A stretch of 64,000 nucleotides of DNA from an uncultured Gemmatimonadales bacterium (lineage in GTDB: Bacteria > Gemmatimonadota > Gemmatimonadetes > Gemmatimonadales > GWC2-71-9): assembly GCA_963728915.1 (NCBI GenBank), contig CAVSLV010000001.1, forward strand, positions 288,001 to 352,000, given 5' to 3'. The translations under genes and the position numbers were made by a program. The stretch's first letter is position 1; each line of letters starts with the position of its first letter. Below, one piece after another: positions 35,547 through 44,032 of the stretch. The notes below the pieces were generated by a model that saw only the letters and a program-made list of their open reading frames with translations, made no database searches and was not told the origin of the DNA.

Positions 35547-37325
35547 ATGTTATTCGCGGTGTCTCTCCTGGCCGGTGCTGTGGCTTTTCTGTCCTACCGG
35601 GCCTTCGAGCAGTGGACCGCCCGGAGCTGGCTCCCGGCGAGCCTCCGCGGCGTTGGGTGGGCCGCCCTCGTTCTGTTGCTGCTCAATGCAAGCTGTCCCG
35701 CGGCGCCCGCCGCGGTTCGGCCCATCGTGCTGCTCGACGCGTCGCTCAGCATGCAGGCTGCCGGAGGGAGGTGGGCTGAGGCCCGGACACTTGCCCAGGG
35801 GTTGGGCGAGGTGAGGTACCTGGGCACGACCCGGGGAGACACGCTGCCGGTTGGCGGGCGATCCCGATTTGCCGACCCGGTGACCGCCGCGCTGGCGACC
35901 GGCCGGCCGGTCATCCTGATCTCCGACGGCGAGGTCGAAGACGGAGAGGAGATCCTGGCGGGCGAGTCGATTCCGGAGATCCGGATCCTTCCGCGACGCA
36001 CCGAAGCGGATCTGGCCCTGACACGGGTGGAAGGCAATCGCCGGGTGAGTGCCGGGGACACCCTCCGCTTCGACACGGAGATCGAAGGGCGGGGAGTTCC
36101 CCCGGGGAACAAGGTGACGGTCGAGATCCGGGAAGGTTCCCGGGTCTGGCTCCACTCCGCGGGTTCGGTCGATTCGGGAGGACGGGCGCGGGTCAGGCTC
36201 GAAGGCCCGCTCCCGAACGTCGGAGCCGGGGTTCACGTTCTTCGGATTGCGCTCGCCGACCCGGGCGACGCCGAGCCGCGAACGGACGCGAGGCTTTGGG
36301 TGCTCCACGTCGTTCCGACTCCGGGGGTGGTCCTGCTCGCTTCGTCACCATCGTGGGAGAGCCGGTTCCTCACCTCCACGATTCGCGATGTCGCGGCAGT
36401 CCCGGTTCGCGGCTACCTCGAAACGGAGCCGGGCTCGTGGCGCCGGGCGGGTGATCTTGCTCCCGCGGCGACCTCGGAGGTGACCGAGGCCGCAAGGAAA
36501 GCAGACCTGTTGATCACCATGGGGGCCGAGCCGGAGCTGGTCCGAGGGAGCAGGGCGCGCGGCCGATGGAGCTGGCCTGTCGGGCCGTCCAGTCTCGACG
36601 GCGACTGGTACGTCACGCCGGGCGACGCTTCACCGGTCAGCGGAGCCCTGGTGGGATTGGCGGTCGATTCCTTCCCGCCGGGAACCGCGGTGGTGGAGCT
36701 TGCTCCCGGTCCGGGAGACTGGGTCGGGCTCTCCGCGCAAATGAGCCGGCGGGGCAAGGGACGACCCGTGCTCATCGGCCGGGATTCGGCCGGAGTCCGC
36801 CGGGTCATCACGGGGATCGAAGGGCTCTGGCGCTGGGCCTTCCGGGGCGGCTCGAGCGAGCAGGGGTATCGGGCGCTGGTTGCCTCAGCGGTTTCCTGGC
36901 TCCTGGCCGGGAGTGACAGTCTGACCGGTAAGGCCCGGCTACAGCAGGAAGTCGTTTCCCAGGGCATCCCGGCGACCTTCGAATGGACCGGCAGCGGCGC
37001 TTCGGCCCCGCTTGGAATCGAATGGATGGGAGAAACCGGAACCCGGCAGGATACTCTGGCGTTCGATGGGAGCGGACGGGCGTCGCTGCTGATGCCTCTC
37101 GGGATCTGGCGATATCACCTGAGTGGTGGTGGAGAAGGGATCCTCGCGGTGGAACAGTATTCCTCCGAATTCCTGGTTCATGGGGTGACGCTGGCGGATC
37201 GGTCCGCCGCGGTGCGTCCCATGGCGCTCCGCCGCCCGGTCCGGGGTTGGATCTGGCTCTTCGCCCTCGCGGCTCTTGCGTTCGCGGGGGAGTGGACCGC
37301 GCGGCGACGGCTGGGGCTTCGCTGA
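35547..37325 (+). CDS. Membrane protein with a vWA-like MIDAS motif
   Basis: N-terminal TMs, LLDASLSM (DxSxS), LISDGE, LWRW and a C-terminal TM ending EWTARRRLGL. Confidence 0.7.
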   Translation: MLFAVSLLAGAVAFLSYRAFEQWTARSWLPASLRGVGWAALVLLLLNASCPAAPAAVRPIVLLDASLSMQAAGGRWAEARTLAQGLGEVRYLGTTRGDTLPVGGRSRFADPVTAALATGRPVILISDGEVEDGEEILAGESIPEIRILPRRTEADLALTRVEGNRRVSAGDTLRFDTEIEGRGVPPGNKVTVEIREGSRVWLHSAGSVDSGGRARVRLEGPLPNVGAGVHVLRIALADPGDAEPRTDARLWVLHVVPTPGVVLLASSPSWESRFLTSTIRDVAAVPVRGYLETEPGSWRRAGDLAPAATSEVTEAARKADLLITMGAEPELVRGSRARGRWSWPVGPSSLDGDWYVTPGDASPVSGALVGLAVDSFPPGTAVVELAPGPGDWVGLSAQMSRRGKGRPVLIGRDSAGVRRVITGIEGLWRWAFRGGSSEQGYRALVASAVSWLLAGSDSLTGKARLQQEVVSQGIPATFEWTGSGASAPLGIEWMGETGTRQDTLAFDGSGRASLLMPLGIWRYHLSGGGEGILAVEQYSSEFLVHGVTLADRSAAVRPMALRRPVRGWIWLFALAALAFAGEWTARRRLGLR

Positions 37326-38269
37326 TGGCCGGCCGAGTCACCCGGCGAACCCGGCTCGGCCTGTGGGCCCGGCTCAAGCGCCTGGCGCTGACCGATGTCG
37401 GCGCGATCGCGCGAGGGTTCCGGGCCGCCGATGTGGAGGCCATGGAGCGGCTCCTCCTCGAGTCGGACTTCGGGGTACCCGCCACGACGGAGCTGGTGGA
37501 GATGCTGGAGACGGGGGTGCGGGCCGGGCGGCTCAAGAGCGAGGACGACCTTCGGCAAGCGCTTGCGGAGCGGATCGCGGCGCTGCTGGAGAGCCCCGGG
37601 GACCCGGCCATCCTAACCCGCGCTGCCTCGGGACCGACCGTGGTGCTGGTGGTCGGGGTCAACGGGAGCGGGAAGACCACCACGATCGCCAAGCTGGCCC
37701 GGCGGCTTCAGGGCAGCGGAGACCGGGTCCTCCTGGCCGGGGCCGACACCTTCCGCGCCGGCGCGATCGATCAGCTGGAGACCTGGGGCCGCCGGCTTGG
37801 CCTCGAGTGCGTTTCCGGCGCGCCGGGTGGCGATCCGGCCGCGGTCGCGTTCGATGCGATCGGCGCGGCGCAGTCGCGGCACGCGACGGTGGTCATCGTC
37901 GATACCGCGGGCCGGCTGCATACCCAGGAAGGGCTGATGGAGGAGCTCCGGAAGATCGTCCGGGTCATCGGCCGGAAAGCCCCCGGCGCGCCGCAGGAGA
38001 CCCTGCTGGTCCTCGATGGAACGGTGGGGCAGAATGCGGTCCAGCAAGGGAAGCTGTTCATGGAAGCGGTGCGCCCGACCGGTATCGTGGTCACCAAGCT
38101 CGACGGGACCGCCCGGGGTGGCGCGGTGGTGGCGCTCCGCCGGGAGCTGAATGTCCCGATCCGGTTTCTCGGTATCGGCGAGGATTCGGAGGACCTCGAG
38201 CCCTTCGACGCCCACCGGTTCGCCGAGGACCTGCTGGCCTCGCCGGATGAAGAGGCGCCCAGCGCCTGA
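37325..38269 (+). CDS. ftsY: SRP receptor FtsY, short form
   Basis: GVNGSGKTTT, DTFRAGA, DTAGRL, GQN, TKLDGTARGG, GIGE..EDL.PF. Confidence 0.96.
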   Translation: MAGRVTRRTRLGLWARLKRLALTDVGAIARGFRAADVEAMERLLLESDFGVPATTELVEMLETGVRAGRLKSEDDLRQALAERIAALLESPGDPAILTRAASGPTVVLVVGVNGSGKTTTIAKLARRLQGSGDRVLLAGADTFRAGAIDQLETWGRRLGLECVSGAPGGDPAAVAFDAIGAAQSRHATVVIVDTAGRLHTQEGLMEELRKIVRVIGRKAPGAPQETLLVLDGTVGQNAVQQGKLFMEAVRPTGIVVTKLDGTARGGAVVALRRELNVPIRFLGIGEDSEDLEPFDAHRFAEDLLASPDEEAPSA

Positions 38270-38270
38270 C

Positions 38271-40340
38271 ATGCCGGTTCTTCATCTCGATACCCCGGTC
38301 AAGTTCCTGAAGGGGATTGGAGAGCGCCGTGCCGAGGCGCTCGAGCGGCTGGGAATCATGGCCGCGCAGGATCTGCTCTGGCACTTGCCGCATCGATATG
38401 TAGATGCTTCCACCGTCACGCCGCTGGCGCGAGCCCGCGTCGGCGAGGATGTCGCGTGCGTCGGGAAGGTGGTGGACAAGGGAATCCTCCCGACCCGGCG
38501 CGGGCTTCGGATCTTCCACGCGGTGCTCCGGGACGAGAGCGGGATGCTGGAATGCGCCTGGCCGGGACAGGCCTTTCTGGACCGGAGCATCGAAGTCGGG
38601 CAGACCCTGCTCGTGGCCGGACCGATTCGTTTCTATCACGGGCGACAGATGGCGCCGCGGGAGTTCCTCATCCTGGCCGGCCCCGATGACGGAGAACAGG
38701 GCGCCTGGCAGCGAGGCAAGGTGCTGCCGGTCTATCCCGCTACGGCCGGGCTGAGCCACAAGATCATTCGCGGGCTGATCGACCGGCACCTCGATGCGCT
38801 GGTGGCGTTGAGTCCGGAGATCCTTCCTCCAGAGCTGCTCGCGCGGTTCGGGCTCCCCACCCTTCCCGAGGCCCTGCGGGCCGTGCATCGACCCTCCACC
38901 ATCGCCGAAGCGGAACGGGGGAGACGCCGTCTCGCCCTCGATGAGCTGCTCGATCTCCAGGTGATGCTGGGCCGGGCCCGGCATCTGGCCAAGCGGGGAC
39001 GGAGCGGGATTCGCTTCGAGGTCAAGAAGCAGCTCACCACCGCGCTCAAAGACGCGCTTCCCTGGACCTTGACCGCCGATCAGCGGCAGGCGATCCGCGA
39101 GATCACCGCCGATATGACCGCGCCGGAACGGATGCATCGCCTGCTCATGGGCGATGTCGGCACCGGAAAGACCGTCGTGGCCCTGTTTGCGATGCTGGTC
39201 GCGATCGAGAACGGCTACCAGGCGGCTCTCATGGCCCCCACCGAGCTTCTCGCCGAGCAGCATCACGCCACCCTGAGCCGTCTCCTCGCGCCGCTCAATC
39301 TGAAGCCCGACCTTCTGATCGGACGGCTGGCTCCGGCGGAGAAGACGGCCGCCCGCGAGCGCTTGCGGGCCGGCCAGAGCCGCCTGGCGATCGGGACTCA
39401 CGCCCTGATGCAGGAGCAGGTGGCGTTTCAGCGGCTTGGACTGGTCGTCATCGACGAGCAGCATCGGTTCGGAGTCGAGCAGCGCGCCGCCTTGATCGGG
39501 AAGGGAAGCTCTCCCGACGTGCTCCTGCTCACCGCCACTCCGATTCCGCGCTCCCTCGCTCTCACCCGATATGGCGACCTCGATCTCTCGGTTCTCAAGG
39601 AGAAGCCGCCCGGCCGGGGCCTGGTTCGCACCGCGGTCCGGATCGGACGGCAGCGGGAGCGGGTGCTCGGCTTCGTCGAGAGCCAGTGCCGGGAAGGGAG
39701 ACAGGCCTACGTGGTGCTCCCGGTGATCGAAGAGACCGAGAAGGCCGATCTCCGCGCCGCGACCACCATGGCGACCACGCTCCAGAAGCGGTGGCCCGAG
39801 CTCGCGGTCGGGTTGGTGCACGGGCGGCTCAAGCCGGAGGAGCGTGACCAGGTCATGGATGCGTTCCGGGCCGGACGGATCCCCGTGCTGGTGGCGACCA
39901 CCGTGATCGAAGTGGGGATCGACGTTCCCAACGCCTCGATCATGCTGATCGAGCATCCCGAACGGTTCGGGCTGGCGCAGCTTCATCAGCTTCGCGGCCG
40001 GATCGGGAGAGGGACGGAGGAGAGCCACTGCATCCTGCTGACCGAGCACGACTCCGACCGGCTTCGAGTCTTCGCCTCCACCGAGGACGGGTTCCGCATC
40101 GCGGAGCTCGATCTGACCGAACGCCGCCAGGGAGACCTGCTGGGGGAACGGCAATCCGGCGCGGCCGACATCCGGGTGGCCCGGTTTCCCGAAGACAACG
40201 ACCTCCTGTCGGTGGCGCGGGAGATGTCGCGCGAGGTGCTGGAGCGGGATCCCGGGCTGGATCGTCCCGATCACGCGGGCCTCAAGGGACGCGCGGTACG
40301 CCGGTATCCCCGAGCTGAGGCACTCTTCCGGGTCGGATGA
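38271..40340 (+). CDS. recG: ATP-dependent DNA helicase RecG
   Basis: GDVGTGKT, MAPTELLAEQH, DEQHRFGV, TATPIPR, HQLRGRIGRG, DGFRIAE.DL. Confidence 0.96.
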   Translation: MPVLHLDTPVKFLKGIGERRAEALERLGIMAAQDLLWHLPHRYVDASTVTPLARARVGEDVACVGKVVDKGILPTRRGLRIFHAVLRDESGMLECAWPGQAFLDRSIEVGQTLLVAGPIRFYHGRQMAPREFLILAGPDDGEQGAWQRGKVLPVYPATAGLSHKIIRGLIDRHLDALVALSPEILPPELLARFGLPTLPEALRAVHRPSTIAEAERGRRRLALDELLDLQVMLGRARHLAKRGRSGIRFEVKKQLTTALKDALPWTLTADQRQAIREITADMTAPERMHRLLMGDVGTGKTVVALFAMLVAIENGYQAALMAPTELLAEQHHATLSRLLAPLNLKPDLLIGRLAPAEKTAARERLRAGQSRLAIGTHALMQEQVAFQRLGLVVIDEQHRFGVEQRAALIGKGSSPDVLLLTATPIPRSLALTRYGDLDLSVLKEKPPGRGLVRTAVRIGRQRERVLGFVESQCREGRQAYVVLPVIEETEKADLRAATTMATTLQKRWPELAVGLVHGRLKPEERDQVMDAFRAGRIPVLVATTVIEVGIDVPNASIMLIEHPERFGLAQLHQLRGRIGRGTEESHCILLTEHDSDRLRVFASTEDGFRIAELDLTERRQGDLLGERQSGAADIRVARFPEDNDLLSVAREMSREVLERDPGLDRPDHAGLKGRAVRRYPRAEALFRVG

Positions 40341-40774
40341 GGCGACTCGCCGGAGTACTTTCAGGCGCCATCATGGTGGTCGCGGCGTACCTCGCGGCGT
40401 TCTTCCCATGGAGCACGGGGGCCGCGCCCTGGCTGCTCTGTCTGGGAATGGCGGTCCTCCTGCCGTCTCTCCTCTGGCTCGGCGTCGTTCCAACCACCTT
40501 GCGCGGGTACAGGGTGCGGGTGGTGCTCGTCCTCACCTTGTTCCTGGTCCTGCTGGCCGGGTTGGGTGGGGCCCTTCTGCCCGGGTCACCGGGAGACGAG
40601 GCGCTCGTGCTCGGGCTTCCCCGACGAGCGGCATGGCTCCTCTATGGGGTGGGACTCTTTCCCGGGCTTCTGCTCGGTATCATCTACGCCATCGGCTTCC
40701 GCCGCCTGGTGCTCGACCCGGCCCGCCTGGAGGCGCTTCGCCGGGAGCTCAACACGCGCACCGATCCTCGATGA
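40337..40774 (+). CDS. Small four-TM membrane protein, likely partner of the SSS transporter
   Basis: Highly hydrophobic 145 aa, translationally coupled on both sides. Confidence 0.7.
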   Translation: MRRLAGVLSGAIMVVAAYLAAFFPWSTGAAPWLLCLGMAVLLPSLLWLGVVPTTLRGYRVRVVLVLTLFLVLLAGLGGALLPGSPGDEALVLGLPRRAAWLLYGVGLFPGLLLGIIYAIGFRRLVLDPARLEALRRELNTRTDPR

Positions 40775-42324
40775 TTCCCGTGGCCCGAAGTTCCGCCATG
40801 CTCCTGGTGGCGGGGATATACGTGGCCGGCCTTGCCGTGATCGGGTGGTGGGCCGCGCGCCGTACCCGAAACGGGCAGGACTTCTTCGCCGCCGGCCGCC
40901 GGCTCGGACCGGTCACGCTGGCCATGGCTGCCATGGCCGCCACCCTCTCCGGATTCACCTTCATTGGTGGGCCGGGACTCTTCTACGCAAGAGGGTTCGG
41001 CGCCCTCCTGATCTTTCTGCCGGTCTCCATCACCGCGTCCCTCTCGGCCTGGGTGCTGGGAGTCCGGCTTCGATTGCTTGCGGAGGCGCGGGGCGTGGTC
41101 ACCATCCCCGAAGCGATTGCGGCGAGGTATGGGAGTCGAGCGGCGCAGGGGCTTGCCGCGGTCTCCATTCTTATCGCGGTGGTGGGCTACCTCGCCACCA
41201 ATCTGCTTGCGATGGGGCTCGTCCTCGACGCCCTCTTCGGCGTTGGCCGCGCCAATGGGATCTGGATCGGGGCTTTCATCGTTCTGGCGTATTCATTCGG
41301 TGGAGGAATTCTCGCGGGGGTCTACGCGGATCTTTTCCAGGGGGCGATCATGGCGGTCGCATCCCTTCTGGTGTTCTCCCTGGCGCTGCGAGTCGGGGGC
41401 GGCCTCGAGAGTATGTCGAGCGCCATCCTCTCCCGCGAGCCCTCCTTTCTCGCCCCCTGGGGATCCATGTCGCCGCTGGGCGGGCTTTCTCTCTTCTTCG
41501 TCTTCAGCCTGGGGGTGCTGGGCCAGCCGCACGTGCTCCACAAGTTCTACATGGTGAAGGACCCGCTGCAGCTCCGCTGGTTCCCCATCGCCAATACCGT
41601 GGCCATGGTACTCACCCTGGCGCTGCTGTTCGGCGTCGGCCTGGCGATGAAGACGGGAGTGCTGACCGGGGCGGTCCCGGCGCTTCAGAACCCCGACGAT
41701 GCCACGCCGGCCTTTCTGCTCCGCTACGCCTCGCCGGTGCTCGCGGGGGTCCTCTTCGCCGGAGTCGTCGCCGCCATCATGAGCACGGTCAACGCGTTTC
41801 TCAATGTGGGGGCCGCCGGGTTGGTGCGCGATCTTCCAGCCGCGCTCGGTTGGCCGGTCCGGAACGAGCTGGGGTACGGTCGGGTGGCCACGCTCGTGAT
41901 CGGCGGGGCCGCCGCGCTCGCGGCTCAGTCGGCGGGCAGCCTGGTCGCGTTACTCGGAATCTTCGGCTGGGGGCTGTTCGCCGCGACGCTGGTTCCGGCC
42001 CTGGGCATCGGTCTGGTCTGGCCGGGAGGAACCCGGAGCGGCGCGATCGCCTCGATCGGCACCGGGCTCGGTCTCACGCTGATCGGGGAAGTTTCGGGAT
42101 TCTACCGCTGGTACGGGCTCCCCGACGGTGTGACCACCGCCGGAGTCGCCCTGGGAGTTTCTCTGCTGGTGTACCTGCTGGTCTCGCTGGTGACGCGGCG
42201 GAGCAGCGCCCCGCCGGCTCGGGACATTCAGGCCATCATCACGCTGGGGAGTGGGTCTCCGCCGCGATCGTCCGGAACTCGAAGTGCGACGCCTGAACCG
42301 TCTCGTAGTCTCGATTGGTCTTGA
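40771..42324 (+). CDS. Sodium:solute symporter (PutP/PanF-like)
   Basis: DFFAAGR, SGFTFIGGPG, ADLFQG, GQPH, AAIMST; about 13 TM helices. Confidence 0.92.
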   Translation: MIPVARSSAMLLVAGIYVAGLAVIGWWAARRTRNGQDFFAAGRRLGPVTLAMAAMAATLSGFTFIGGPGLFYARGFGALLIFLPVSITASLSAWVLGVRLRLLAEARGVVTIPEAIAARYGSRAAQGLAAVSILIAVVGYLATNLLAMGLVLDALFGVGRANGIWIGAFIVLAYSFGGGILAGVYADLFQGAIMAVASLLVFSLALRVGGGLESMSSAILSREPSFLAPWGSMSPLGGLSLFFVFSLGVLGQPHVLHKFYMVKDPLQLRWFPIANTVAMVLTLALLFGVGLAMKTGVLTGAVPALQNPDDATPAFLLRYASPVLAGVLFAGVVAAIMSTVNAFLNVGAAGLVRDLPAALGWPVRNELGYGRVATLVIGGAAALAAQSAGSLVALLGIFGWGLFAATLVPALGIGLVWPGGTRSGAIASIGTGLGLTLIGEVSGFYRWYGLPDGVTTAGVALGVSLLVYLLVSLVTRRSSAPPARDIQAIITLGSGSPPRSSGTRSATPEPSRSLDWS

Positions 42325-42469
42325 GCCGCGTGATCCGACGTCCGAACATGTCGATCCTGCGAACCGTGACTCCGGGAAAGATGGGGGCCACTTCGTACCA
42401 GGTCCCGTGCTCGAGGCGCGGGTATCGCAATGCAAACTCGGGTTTGAGGCGTGCTTCCATGCGCGTCAT
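42239..42469 (-). CDS. Small hypothetical protein
   Basis: About 76 aa with protein-like composition (EARLKPEFALRYPRLEHGTWYEV...HFEFR); AGGA upstream on the minus strand; fills an otherwise empty gap. Confidence 0.55.
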   Translation of the reverse strand: MTRMEARLKPEFALRYPRLEHGTWYEVAPIFPGVTVRRIDMFGRRITRLKTNRDYETVQASHFEFRTIAAETHSPA

Positions 42470-42675
42470 GTTGTTGGTTCCTGGGCTTGGTCTGAACTGG
42501 GTGACCAAGTATCGAGGGGGGACACGACCACCGCAAGATTCAGAAAAGAGACACCGTCTTGTTTGTTGGCACCCCCCTCGTCACGACAGGCTATTCCTTG
42601 CACGGTCGGCTTGCCTGCCGTTTTCATGACCGCTAGGATGAGGCGATCCACCCTCCACTTTCGGGAACGACCTGC

Positions 42676-43971
42676 ATGAATCCGGTGACCATCGGCGAGC
42701 TGGGCAGCCACGTTGGCCAGGAGGTCCTGGTGCAGGGATGGGTGGTGACCACCCGTTCCAGCGGCAAGATCGCCTTCCTCGTGGTCCGCGACGGAACCGG
42801 ATACCTCCAGGCGGTCTTCGCCCGGAAGGAGGTGGGGGACGAGGTCTGGGAGCGTTTCGCCGGTCTGACCCAGGAGGCCTCAGTCGGGGTCCGGGGGACG
42901 GTTCGCGCCGATGCCCGGTCTCCCGGTGGGTTCGAGCTGACCGCCACGGGGCTCTTTGTCCTGGGCCCTTCGGTGGACTTCCCGATCAGCCCGAAGGAGC
43001 ACGGAACCCAGTTCCTGTTCGAGCATCGCCACCTGTGGCTCCGGAGCCGGCGGCAGGTCGCGATCGCCAAGGTCCGCCACGCGGTGATCCAGGCGATCCA
43101 CGATTTCTTCGATCAGCGGGGCTTTACCCGGGTGGACACGCCGATCCTTACTGGATCGATCGGGGAAGAAGCCGGAACCCTCTTTGCCACCGACTACTTC
43201 GACCTCGGCAAAGCCTACCTCGCCCAGACCGGCCAGCTCTACGTCGAGGCGGCCGCGGCGGCACTCGGCAAGGTCTACTGCTTCGGACCCACCTTCCGCG
43301 CCGAGAAGTCGAAGACCCGCCGCCATCTCACCGAATTCTGGATGGTGGAGCCGGAGGTCGCCTTCAACGACTCGGACGCGAACATGCGGCTTCAGGAGGA
43401 CTTCGTGAGCTTCCTGGTGGCCCGCGCCCTGGAACGATGCCAGGAGCCGCTCAAGGAGCTGGAGCGCGACACCACGCGGCTGGAGCAGATCACCCCGCCA
43501 TTCCACCGGGTGAGCTACACCGACGCCATCGCCCGGCTCAACGGGCTCGGCTCCGACATCCACTGGGGCGCCGACCTGGGCGCCGACGATGAAACCACTC
43601 TGTCCAGGGACTCGGACAAACCCGTCTTCATCTACAACTATCCGCGCGAGGTGAAGGCCTTCTACATGAAGGAGAACCCGGCCGATCCCCGGACGGTGCT
43701 CAATAATGACTGCCTGGCGCCGGAGGGATACGGGGAGATCATCGGAGGGTCGCAGCGGGAGGACGACTACGACCGGCTGCTTCAGCGGATCAAGGACCAG
43801 GGACTCCATCCGGAAGCCTACGGGTGGTATCTCGATCTTCGGAAATACGGGACCTTCGTCCACTCCGGGTTCGGGCTCGGCCTGGAACGGACCGTGGCCT
43901 GGATCTGCGGAATCCCCCACATCCGCGAAGCGATCGCGTTTCCCAGGCAGATCCATCGGCTGTATCCGTAG
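42676..43971 (+). CDS. asnS: Asparaginyl-tRNA synthetase
   Basis: OB-fold N-terminus, YLAQTGQLY, FRAEKSKTRRHLTEFWMVEPE, EIIGGSQRE, HSGFGLGLER. Confidence 0.95.
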   Translation: MNPVTIGELGSHVGQEVLVQGWVVTTRSSGKIAFLVVRDGTGYLQAVFARKEVGDEVWERFAGLTQEASVGVRGTVRADARSPGGFELTATGLFVLGPSVDFPISPKEHGTQFLFEHRHLWLRSRRQVAIAKVRHAVIQAIHDFFDQRGFTRVDTPILTGSIGEEAGTLFATDYFDLGKAYLAQTGQLYVEAAAAALGKVYCFGPTFRAEKSKTRRHLTEFWMVEPEVAFNDSDANMRLQEDFVSFLVARALERCQEPLKELERDTTRLEQITPPFHRVSYTDAIARLNGLGSDIHWGADLGADDETTLSRDSDKPVFIYNYPREVKAFYMKENPADPRTVLNNDCLAPEGYGEIIGGSQREDDYDRLLQRIKDQGLHPEAYGWYLDLRKYGTFVHSGFGLGLERTVAWICGIPHIREAIAFPRQIHRLYP

Positions 43972-44018
43972 GCGGACAGGCGGACAGGCGGACAGGCGGA
44001 CAGGCGGACAGGCGGACA
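43971..44018. repeat. Perfect 8-bp tandem repeat (GGCGGACA)x6
   Basis: Read directly; begins at the last base of the asnS stop codon. Confidence 0.97.
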
Positions 44019-44032
44019 GAGGGATTCCATTC

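Noticed and set aside
43971..44018. Possible CRISPR array
   Set aside because: Contiguous 8-bp units with no spacers and no cas genes; it is a simple tandem repeat.
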